From: Balanoglossus misakiensis
Lineage: Eukaryota > Animalia > Hemichordata
Assembly: GCA_040954595.2 (NCBI GenBank)
Contig: CM082576.2
Location: 4,190,760-4,254,759, forward strand
Length of the DNA: 64,000 nucleotides
Direction: 5' to 3'
Below, piece after piece: positions 1 to 11,720 of this stretch. Each line of letters starts with the position of its first letter. Position 1 is the stretch's first letter. Made by a program: the position numbers and the translations under genes. The notes below the pieces were generated by a model. That model was not told where the DNA came from, did no database searches, and saw nothing but the letters and a program-made list of their open reading frames with translations.

Positions 1-111
1 CATATCCTGATATTTTTATATGGAGCTTTGAAGTCTGTTTCGCAAGTTTGATTGGCACATCAATTTGCTGGAATGCATGGCAAATAAAATCGACAGTTAG
101 CGAGGGGTTTT

Positions 112-3100
112 TCACAGGTATATACTGACCTCTCCATCTTCAGTGTCGTATATTTTGTTTTCAAATGCCACTGCACTCCCAACTTCGTAGTCTGCCTGTC
201 GTTTGTCCCTCTTGTAGATGTAGATGTACGCTACGAAGGCAAGCGTTGCTGTGACAACTGCTGCTACCACACAGACCCCTATAATGATAGCCTTGCTGGT
301 GGTCGTTGCCGATTTTCTTTCTTCTGCAACAAAAATCACCAGACCGGAAATGTGTTACGATTACAGTTTGATTTAATTAAGTTCGTTTGGCAGTTATTCA
401 ACTTTTTAATTATTTTAAAAAATGGAACGGCGCAAACATGTGCAGAAGCCGCATAGATGCGGGAAGCCATCGAATTCATGAAGTCATTCGAAGTGATTTC
501 CACGCAGTTTCCAGTGCATATGACGTCATCCGCGTGCGACAATAAGCTTATAGGTCTATACTTTCAGTGTAAAATATCGTCTGGTGACGGTGACACAAGA
601 GTGCAGCTATATTAATCAAAATCGAACACGACTGTATACTTATCTTTTATTACTGATATTTAAATCGTTCAGGGTCGTTAAATTGTAGGATTTAATTCTT
701 ACGTCATTATATCTCCAGGAAAGAAAGATGATCGTGGCATTTTATTGTGACAATTTCACTATTTTGCACCGGATTTGTAGATTTTTTTATTGTCCCTTTT
801 CATGATCGGTAGTTCTCTGTGCCCTAAGGATTGTGGGTCAGATATTTAATGCATCTGAAGTACGTGCAGATAAGTATTTTTATCACGTGTTCTAAAAGGG
901 CGACTGAGAATGTCGTGCCCATACGTGTTTACCGCTGAGCGTAGAAACATATGACAGAACAAAATTGTCCGTTTATTTTTGGTCTTAGGCGATAGAATAT
1001 TGGACTATAAAGCGCGTTGAGGTTCTCCTCATTCGAGCTGAGATGAATTTAGCCAACAACTGACCAAACCAAGGGTATGCCACGTGGCCAAACGTTATTC
1101 ATATCATCAACATTTGGTTCAACGTCTGGTGCCAACCGACACAAATACTACATGACGTCATATCTAATAAATACGGCCAGTTTTCTGAAGTTTACGGGTA
1201 CAACATTTCAACGTAATACCACACCAATGAACCTCATCGCCCATATTTGAAATAACATGCAAATTGCATGAATATTTTAAAATCTATTCGCTGTATAATA
1301 TTCAGAATACATCTGATAACTGGTAATCGAAATAATTTTTTGCTGAGAGTTTCCTCGGCTGAATGGGCTGATTCAAACTTCTTGTTTGGTACATTATTCG
1401 GAAACCAAACCGCCAGTTGTTGATACATTTGTGGTCCTTCCGAAAATAACCTTCTCGTCCAGAAGGATAATCTATTTTTGCGACCATCGGACTGGTATCC
1501 ACATATTTTTTGGCTGGCAAAAAACAGAAAGCGTTTTCTTCACGAGCAGTGGCGCTGTTCACTGCATGACTCAGAGCGCCACCAGCGTCGAACCGTTAAA
1601 ACTTCTCGTATCTACTCACCTGTTACTGGTTTTGTTGAAATGATTGCCAAATTCGATTTTATTTCCCGGAGCACTGTACCATTTCCCCAGATTCCAAGAA
1701 GCAAGACTGAATATTTGTGTTGGCTTTTTAAATTAGATATCTCCACTGAACTGACGTCGTATCGAACTTGCACTTTCCCGAGAGAATCGTCGGTGGTGTC
1801 GTTGTAGACCACCTGCAAAGTTCGAAGATGGTCGATAATGTCTGCAGGCAAAGACCGCCATGAGACTTTTATTGAACTGTCCGTGACTGAAGATATGTAG
1901 ATGGTCATTGGCATTATGAACGGCATTGTGGACGGGGAACCTGCAAAACAAACAAACAATATTGGGTGCAAAGCGTGCAACAGAGGTGTTTGAATGTGAA
2001 TATGAAGAACTTCGATCTACCCACCACAGGTGATAATTTGTAGATGCAGAGAAATTATTCGCATGATTATTCATGTAAATACATTATCAAAATGCCTCCA
2101 TCTTTGGCCGACATGTGGAACGCATTGGCATAAGCTTTCTCTTATTTTTCTCATTTCAGGTCACGTCCATCAACGCATGCTCCTATTGGTAGACTTGTCT
2201 GTTGAATATAATCTGCAAGTGATATGCTTTCTGCAATGTTATATGAAATTGTCCTTGAGTATACCTGTGTTTTTCGTGTGTACTGTAACAATATTTGAAT
2301 CCAAGTGAATGCTAAGCACCGACTGCTCAATCAGCACCACTATCTGCGTCAGATACGTTTTCCCAGACTCTAGGCCGATCAGAGTGAAGTTCATCGTGGA
2401 TGGGTGGAGCCTCTCCGATTTCTGCCAATCGCTGGCCGCGAGGAGATCCTTGTGCTTCACCACCAGACCAGTAATGTAGCGCCGTTGGAGGTCCGTTAGT
2501 CGCGACCACCGAATCACAGCCATCGAGACGGTGACGTCAGAGACACTGATGTTGATTGACAGCAAGGATCGCGGCGGGAGGACGGACGGTGGTGGACGAT
2601 GTGTAGGTAATATTCCTGAAGGGGAAAATTAAAAAAAAAACTCTTTTCGAGCATTAAATTAAATACATGCCACTTTCAATTGTACAAGACCACAGAAGCA
2701 ATATTAAAAATATATTAAAATTATAATATCTAAGTTTCTCGCCATTCCTTACCTGGGTGACAAACCCACTGTTGGCAACAAGTGTCGGGAACGTCGACAA
2801 GGGCGGCTCGCGGACAATCGGTCGGTGCGGTTGTGGTATCGGGACAGAGATGCTGACATGTGACAGCGCCATCAGTGCAGAAACATCGTTGATCGCACCC
2901 TTCCCGCCATTCCTCTCCGTTAAGATAGGTTCTGTTGTTACGACGGCAATCACCTTCTGTAAATATTATGTTTGCAAAGTGGAAAAAAAAGTTAAGGCAC
3001 CAATACTGCAAAACAAACCAATTCATGGCGAAACACCAACTTCAAATAAAAATTGTCTTCTTGAAAGAAAGTTGACGAACAATCTCCACACTTGTTTTAT

Positions 3101-6100
3101 CCCCAGACATACTTTCTCTTATTACATTTTCCGAGCAGTAGGTTGTCATTTTGGGAGCCGCAAAAACGAAATTGGCAACACTAAAGATATCAACCATAGA
3201 CAGTTTCATCTATCTTGTACTGTGTATGTTCGAGGTACTAGTATGTTCCAACGAAGTACAATGATGCTTACTCGTTCATTCTTACACGACAACCGATATG
3301 CTAATAAACTACGCGAAAATAAAGAATTTGGTAGCGGGAAAGTTGTTATCTTTACCATTGGCGAAACACCTCCACTCTTTGCAACACTGCCCTTCTACAA
3401 CAACAAGCTTTGGCACTGGGCATTCCAGCGACGGTACGATCGGGTAGATCTGACATAGCGGCTTGCAGACAAGAACGCCAAGGTCGCACCGACAAGACTG
3501 GACACACCCATCTTGGATTTCTTCGCCATCTGGTAAAATTTGGTCTCGGAATTGACAAGGCCCACCTGGAAAAGAAAGGTAGACACAAAAACTAGGTGAC
3601 ATTCCGTAAAATTAAAGGTCATGCAGCGTGAACCGGTTGTATATTTGTGTAGTTTCAGTAATGTGGAGGGCATAACTGTTCTAACAAAAGTTTGTGTATC
3701 TAGTCCCATGTGTGTGGGCCAGTTTATACGAGCGGAGTACTGCATAATTCTCCTTGCACCAACCGTCCATTTTTTTTTCGTTGGACACCATCACTTTTTT
3801 GAAGAAAATGTGTCTTTTTGTCAAACTGGTTGGAACTCGGCTTTTCGTCTTTAAAGTTCCTTGTACTTGTCCTCCATAGAAGCGCGATATTGCTAATAAG
3901 AGAGAACGCCCATAATTCCCACCGCGCTAAACGCCTGGCACCATAACTCAATTATTTCAACTATGTAGACTGAGGTGAAATGGGCAACGCGCCACCTTTT
4001 GACTTTTGGGGAGTTTAATTTTTTCGTTCGCAGCGGAAGGTCTGCACTAATTAGTCGCTGCTCTGTTCAACATGATGAGCCGTTGTCGTCAGAACCAAAA
4101 CGCCAACTAACTGCTTGAAACCTCTTGCGCTATTTTTCTTGCTTTAAAGATCACGTGACAAATAACCTGCCGAGATTCAATTTGGTGGAGTAACATTTAT
4201 AGTTATTGCTTTATCGAACGTGAAAACACGCAGTTTGTACCAATAAGCCCAGGGAAAGTGTACTGTCGTTTTATTTTCAGAATTTAGTTGTTGCGGTCTG
4301 AAAGTCCAGACAGAAACAATTTCTAGGACAGACACAGCATTTTGAATGTTTTATTTCTATATTCGTTTGACAACTTCGCGGGTTATTAAGCATTCTTTTG
4401 AAACGACGGTTCACTACACAATGTCACAGTGCTTCATAAACATGGATTGAAAAATAACAGGTTATAAATGCCAAACTTCTGGGAATAATCATAAATAAAC
4501 CAAATGAACCAACAAAACATTCCATAAATTCTCTTCTCACCGAAATCTTGTGAAGACATCACCATGATATATCGCAGGGCCGTGGGAAGGGAAAAAATTC
4601 CCAAACCAAGCGTGCTGTCTGTAGAGTGACGTACTGCTCTCTTGGATGTTTTCTTTCAAGAAAATTGTTGATGTCGGTCTCACATTTTTGTGGAGAAACA
4701 CACTATTTATAGGGGCATGATAGTATTACATATTGGGTTACCAACGTTACCTGTCGAATTTGCAGTTGTCAGAACGATTATATCCGAGAACGGCAGATAT
4801 TCTGGCAAGATGACGTAATGTGTTGGTAATATCCGGACTCTGATCTTCATGAAGTAAACAGTGTTCGATGTTAAACCTATGACTTCAACGAAGACCTTGT
4901 GCTCGTTGTAATCAACGCCTCGTCTTTTACGGGTTCTGTCTGTTGGAACCGTGGTTGTTGCCTGTGGCAGAGAAATAAATCGTTTGTGGTAACCACAACA
5001 ATAGAAGAAATCTGAAGAAAACACCAATCTAAAGTTATGAAAATCAAATATTACAAAGGCAGATCACCTCCTGAACTGTTTGGTGAATTGCCCACGACTG
5101 TCTACATCTGATGTACTATAACACAAAATTCACCTGTACACGTTTGAGTCTCCATCGACTCAGATCCTCAACGTCAACTTCGTTGGTGTAATAAATCTCA
5201 TAACTGTCAATTATGGCAAGTAGTTCTGGATTGGTTGGAGGAAAGAAACTGACCACCACCGACGATGGACCCGATAATTCGGCTAACACTGCTTGCACCT
5301 CGTTCGGGCTCTCTGTAGGTAGGAATACGGAAAATACGCTTTCGTTACACGCTTACAAATACCACATCTTCCATGGAAAAACGTCTTGCTGAAGCACCCG
5401 ATGTAATGGCCTGATGCGCTTTGGGCACGAACTGGAAGCGGCGGCGACATTTCGAAATGGCTTTTATACTTAAGTAACAAATGTTTTTGGCATACAGGGT
5501 ATTTTTAAAAATCACTTATCCTGTTCATGCCCCTCTCACCTTGATGAGGGTGATGGCAGAAAAACTCCTCACAGCAATCATCCTCGTCCCTCTTCCCAAT
5601 GAAAGGCTCTGGGCAGAGAGGTAATGCGGGCATGTTGGGCAGGGGAACGAGGACGGGACACAGCGGCACACAGCGAAATGAACCGTAGAGACAGTGGCAT
5701 CTCTGCTGACAATCCACGTCCACCCAGTCACCTTCGTTGACCTCCACTCCTTCAAGTTCACAGGGCAAATTGGCTGAAACAAAGAAACATGGCAAAACAT
5801 ACGTGTGATGTGAAGTGGGCTACAGGTGGATTTGGGGAGAGAAACACTCCGAACGATTGGATCTGTACATTTTGCTGATTATTGGCTGTTCTGTTCTTGG
5901 GTGTCCGCTCTGCAGATCTGATTGGCTCGTGAAAGCGCAAGATTTAAACAAGAACCAGCAAATGTGAAGATCTGATTTTAATCAGATTGGACTACAGGCT
6001 CAAATATACATGATACAAGGCATTTGGATGATAAACTTACGCGGTGGACCGCATTGCCATTGCTGACAACACTCCCCGGGCACGTCGACCAATCTCGGCG

Positions 6101-7519
6101 ATGGACACTCCAACGTCGGAGACATCAGATATGGCGGACACATGGATACACAGGCAACGTTGCCGCCATGGCAACGACACACTGCGTCACAATCGACGTC
6201 AAACCTTTCGCCATCTTCGTAAACGTTGCCGTTAAATTCGCAAGATCCGGCTAAGAGAGCAAATCAGGATGAAGGAAAATGACTCACCTAATATTTTGTT
6301 TTCATTGTCACTCTCGAGACTACGTGGTAATTTTCACAAACAAATGAGATTAATTAATTGGGCTACCAGCTGGCCATTAAGTACAGATGTATACATGTAC
6401 TAAAATGGCAGATGAAGAGTATCTACATTTCTTGGATGAGTGTTCTATTTGAAGTTACTGTTATTCGATCATCGACAACTTTATGTTATTTATAGCAGTT
6501 ACATATACAGTATCACTGCAAAATTATCACAAGGCATCTAACATCGAGAATGACAGCACGTTTCATTGACGCAATAGAAGCCATTACGATAACGACCGGA
6601 AGTCATTATTGGGACTGCTGACTGTCTGGGAAGGAATCAGATACTTACTGGGCGGGAGACACACCCACATTTCACAGCATTCGCCCTCTGGAGGCGGCAT
6701 CAGTACAGGATTTGGACAAGTTACCCGGTCGGGTTGCAGCTGGCCGTTGTCCTCGCAACGGGTCATGCAGAATTCGCTGCCATCGTCACAGTAGCAGGTT
6801 TCGTTGCAACCGTGGTTGTAGATCTCGCCGTGTCGATGTTCTGTTTGGTCATGCCAACAAGCTGGGCCGAAGAATCAATAGTGTACATTCAAGAACTCGT
6901 CATTTTTCCAATATAGAAAAACAATATATAGTTTTTAATTCTCGAGAGCACTTCACAAACTTCCACCCAATCAGCAGAAATATATCGCTACTGTTTGATG
7001 CACCCCCTCGCCCGGATCCTAGGCCCGCAATTTCCAGTTTATATGCAGTTACAATAGAGCCAGATTCAAGTATCGCTGGTCGAGATTAGAAAAAATATAT
7101 ATGATTAACTTACAGCGTTTGGGATCATTTGTGGAGCCTTCCTCACAGACCAAGACCTGGCAGCACTCCGGTTCCTCGGGGTGGGGAACGTTGCGGCAGT
7201 TGACCGGGTTAATGATGGTGATGTCTTCGGGAGCCGGGCAAGATTTCGCCGCGCACGCCCATTCGCCCGTGTGACAGGTGCATGTTTCGCAGCCTTTGTG
7301 CAGCGATTCGCCGTGACTGTAGTGAGTAGAATTGAAGTGGCACCAGGAACCTGAAAGGTGATCACGTGGCCGGAAAGCTTTAATTTAACAGCTGGGGGGT
7401 ATTCATGGCGATCAACAGGTATGGTCTTTTTTATACTGGCAGAAATATTAGACTTGTGGGAACACTCCCGAGAACACACTCATGCACTCCCTCCCCCTCC
7501 TTCCTCATTATCCCTTCTC

Positions 7520-7551
<32 letters not shown>

Positions 7552-10500
7552 TTGGACTCGGCCTCAAAACTGAATAAACACCCCCAACCACTGTAGACAC
7601 ACTCACCGAGCGAGGAAGTTCTGTAGACCAACGTTTCAGTGAATGTTGATTCCTCGATAAGCTCCCCGTCGATTGGCATGGCAGCAATGCGGATAAAATA
7701 GTCCACACCTTCTTGGGTATCTTCCAAGACGAATGCGGCGGTATTCCCAACCTGAAATGCAATAGGTACATCGTGGCACATCGTATATCGAGCTATCAGC
7801 TGCAGGAGCTAGGGATAATGTGTCTAATTAGACATAAAGACTCATTCATTTTCATCTTCCATAAATCTGGACGTATATGTTGCTCGGACTATCCCTGTAA
7901 AGCCCCTGATGGGCGAATGATCTTCACCAAGTACAAGAAATTCCGTTTGTTTCTTGTTTTCGGGCCCAAAAAGTGGCGATCCTCTGATTGCCTAAAGCTA
8001 TTTAATACGACGAAAAAGAAGAGAATGAAATGATCTAGTCAAAGCGCATTTTTCGTAAAATGGCGCACAAAAAAATCAAATACGTGTACCTGTCTGGCAA
8101 ACCACTCATCGGTAGAATCTGAGTATTCTGTGGTGAAGAAGAGTACATATCGGAAATCTGCCGACGTCAGAAATGGATTCCATTCTATCGTCAATGAGCC
8201 CAGTGTCTCTGATGTGACGTGAACGTTGAAAGGACCTAGAGAGATGTAGACAGACAGACAGACAAACAAACAGAGATAGAGAGAAATTATCAAAACGCCT
8301 TATTCCTTTATCTTCCTTAACATACACGGTGCGCAATCGTGAAACGTAGTTCCTGCAATAGTATATTCGTTTTTCATCATTCATTTTTAGTACTAATTTT
8401 AAAATAGCGTCGCGTTTATGCTAAGTTTACTATTATCCATACACTTTATTGTTCCATGACGCCCGTGGCACAACTTGATTAAAAAGAGAAAGCGTAATTC
8501 CGGCGCGAATACAAGGTCCACCCACCCGGCCAGACAAGAGTTTCCTTGTCCCGACTGGCATCATTCCGCGGCTAACCCTGAAATTGGGACACTGTTGGTA
8601 TTAGATTTCACAACCGTGCGTTCTGCGGCAGCGATTTTCAAAATATTAGTACCAAACGAGGACAAAAACATAATTTTGTATGGTAACTGAAGAAAGGGGC
8701 GTTAAGGGTCTAAGAAAGTTGTTGTTTCGTGTTAGTTATCTCTCCAGGGGCCACTGTAGACCAACTGTTTTCGCCCCGCTACATATTAGATGTAGTTTCC
8801 TGTAGTTCCGTACATAATATTGAAAGGTTTGCACACTGCAGTGTGTGTTCGTTCAAAACATTTGAGACACACTTGACGTATTTACATAAATGCTTGCCCT
8901 TTCAGAATCGAGGTTGTGTTATTTTTCGATAGACAAGAATCCTTTTTACCCTGAATGCTACCGGTTTCTGTCGTTTCATTGTTGAGGCACTGAAGTCAGT
9001 GAAGGAGTGGTGTCGAATATCACCGTGAAACGTTCACCTGGCACCTTTGGTGATTTCATGGTCCAGGGACGGTGATGGTGTTGATATTTGCCGTGGCGCG
9101 GGTTCACTTCCATTTTTGGTAGCTTATAATGTGCGTCATTTTTATTCCAAATTTGCCTATCGGTAATGATATTTTTGGAATTGCCATTTTAGTAGGTTTA
9201 TCTCTCGTCAAGGATTACGCCTTACATTATCGCTTTCAAACCGAATTGAGCTTACAGCTAATCTTATCAGGGTTCATAAATGGTAGTGTTCAGCAAGGAT
9301 ACTTGTTTTCAAACTTTGATTTAAAAGTACATCAATCAAAACAGGCCAAACAATCGTAATCGTCATCGTCGTCATCATCATCTCCATCTCCATCTCTCTC
9401 TTTCTCTCTTTCTCTCTCTAGCTCTGCCCCCCCCCCCCTCATTTAACCTCTATCTCCATCAGCAAAATAGTCATCGGGATTATACTGGAGTTGCTATCAG
9501 ACTGTAGCACGTCTGGATGTGATCTAGTAATATCACGGAAGCAATTTCCCCCACTAATTCAGACGACCGCGGCATTAAAACTCTAACGGAATTGTGCTGA
9601 TCGTTTGCACAACCATGATCCTATTGACAGTAAAATGGTTAAGGCATGCCTAAACAGACTGATCCCTGCAATAGAAATTTTATACTCAGAACACGGCCAG
9701 TCACCTCGGTTTTCTTTCATTGCAGTGACTTACTTAGACAGTAAACCTTGAATATGCCCTAGCCAAGAGCAAGAAAACACTCGAGTGAAAAAGGTGACTC
9801 CACGATTCAAGGCTTCAAAAGAAGCTAATGCCTTTCTTTATACAGACAGGAGCACTTGAGAACACAAAGATAAGACCCAAAAGTCTGAATTCTGGTTTCC
9901 TTAGTGAGACAGTGGTACTAAACTAGGCGGATTTTCTTGGTTTTGCGTGAGAGTATCGGCTCGAGGAGAACAAAGTCTCCCACATCCCATGAATATTAAG
10001 AAGTCATTTTCTTCGCGGTTCCCGTTTGTTGTTCAGGGCTGCGGACCCACTACATGACTTGTATTAAGGGTTGCGGAAAAATGAGAAGCGATAACCACAC
10101 AGGTTCCATTGGAGTCTCTTTTTCAAACACGTAGAATATATTTAATGATAATTATGTCAACTTCTCTAATTAGTAGGATCACTCTCGGATCTTTTAGGAA
10201 TATTATAGGTGTGGTGACAAAGTTACCTTCATGTTGTTTGAAGTGCACCAGTTAAACAGACCAGAGACGCACAGCTCATTCATCATGTTATTTGTCACGT
10301 GTCAGCTACTGGAATTGAAATAACCCATGTGAAAACACTACTCAATCGCTCAATTTACAAATTCATCAATCTTGTGCGGAGGGAAAGTGAATAATCAAAA
10401 AAACTCACTCACCCTTGCAGACGTTTTGCTCGCAGGTGAGACCAAATTCCTGGTCGCACGGAGACGAGAGGTCATCGCAGTAATCGTGGACTTGGCCGGC

Positions 10501-10686
10501 GCAGACCGTGCAGCAGTCACACCCGTCAGTTCGCCGCCTTTCCCCGTGACACTCCGCGGAGAGCGGCGGCGGCAGGCACTCCTCGCAGACGGCGATGCAC
10601 TTGTCGAGACATCGCACCCGCGGCGGCGCCTGGCAGAGCAGAACAACGAAGCCAAGACGGAGAAGGAGGAGAAACGGCGAGGCCAT
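112..10686 (-). CDS. Type I transmembrane VWC/FN3 cell-surface protein (Sas 'stranded at second' / CRIM1-like), 14 exons, about 1048 aa
   Basis: Exons in transcript order: 10413-10686, 8090-8235, 7607-7751, 7114-7350, 6649-6861, 6041-6250, 5540-5773, 5134-5312, 4751-4961, 3356-3565, 2753-2956, 2265-2615, 1620-1940, 112-323. All introns are GT-AG and the sum is 3147 nt, in frame. Domain order: signal peptide (MASPFLLLLRLGFVVLLC), IGFBP-like module (GCDCCTVC), FN3, 4 VWC (CxCxxG...CC..W.C), FN3, 2 VWC, 2 FN3, TM (AIIIGVCVVAAVVTATLAFVAYIYIY), short tail with FENKIY. An upstream in-frame ATG lies at 10713. The family name is inferred from domain architecture only. Confidence 0.85.
7518..7551. repeat. 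Poly-C plus (TC)n microsatellite in an intron of the VWC/FN3 gene
   Basis: Directly visible. Confidence 0.9.
9353..9438. repeat. Low-complexity (TCG/TCA)n, (TC)n and poly-C tract
   Basis: Directly visible in intron 1 of the VWC/FN3 gene. Confidence 0.85.
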
Positions 10687-11690
10687 GATGCGGGGTGTTT
10701 CAGCGTACCGCATCCTTGCTCCGACTGCACAGTTGGTGAATTGACCGGCCTCGTCTCAGTGAAAGCATACTTTTGGAAGTCTACCAGCGTGCCCTTTGGT
10801 CGTTCCCTGTATGCTGCCGGCATTCGGAGTGAAACCGTACACCCGGTGATCAATCTTGTTTACGTTCTGTGCACGTGACAAGATTCTATTAAACAAGTTT
10901 ACTGGGTTGAAAGAGAGAGTCAATGACTGGATTCAGACGGATCTTAAAGTATGAATGTAAAAGTTGTTTGAATCTGGGACAATTCCGACAAAGTTGCCGT
11001 GTAAGGGTCATCTCACTTTGTGCACAGAGAATCCTCGACAGAATCACAGCCGTTCTGTCGTTTGGAGAAAAATTCTTTGATCTGGGAGTGTACTTGACCA
11101 AAGTATTTACGTCTACAGTAAGTGTACTGGTATTTCCTGTCAGCATTTAGGGTCTGTTTATCGTGAAATTTATCAACAATTAAGTTGTCATAACATTAGC
11201 GTACGATATGGTCACATTCTCGACGGGGTTTCCCACTGACCGCTGGGCAAAGGTGCACACAGATCGACCTCAACACTGACCACACTGGATCAACTGCCGT
11301 CAGCGGGGAATTCTCCCTCTCCAGGGAAAACTGCCAAAATCCGTCCTTCGTCCCAAACTAGCCTGTCGGTGCATTATTTTGGAAGTCGTTGGCACGAGAC
11401 ATTGCCGCAGTATGTTTGCAAACTGAAACCCGATCCAAAATCTTAATGAAACCCGGGCAATATGAATACTGTGTGAACAAATTTGGCCCTTCGATTTCGC
11501 CAACAAACAAGAAAACCCATAGCTAAAATCGTTTGGAATAATCACGGTCACGCAGTTGAATAATTCTCGCTTTAGACCATTTTTGTCATTTTGTCTGACA
11601 AGTGCACGGTCCCAAAAACGCAGTCTCTCAATTGGCCACAAAATCCACTGTACGTGATCTCTACCAAGCGAATTCTGGCCACAACATCAG

Positions 11691-11720
11691 CCCCCCCCCC
11701 CCCCCCCAAACACACACACA
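11691..11720. repeat. Poly-C plus (CA)n tract
   Basis: Directly visible. Confidence 0.85.

Noticed and set aside
2757-3458. Longest ORF in the track (233 aa, + strand), and the similar 10372-10878 ORF
   Set aside because: These are antisense shadows of real minus-strand exons plus intron, with no recognisable protein.
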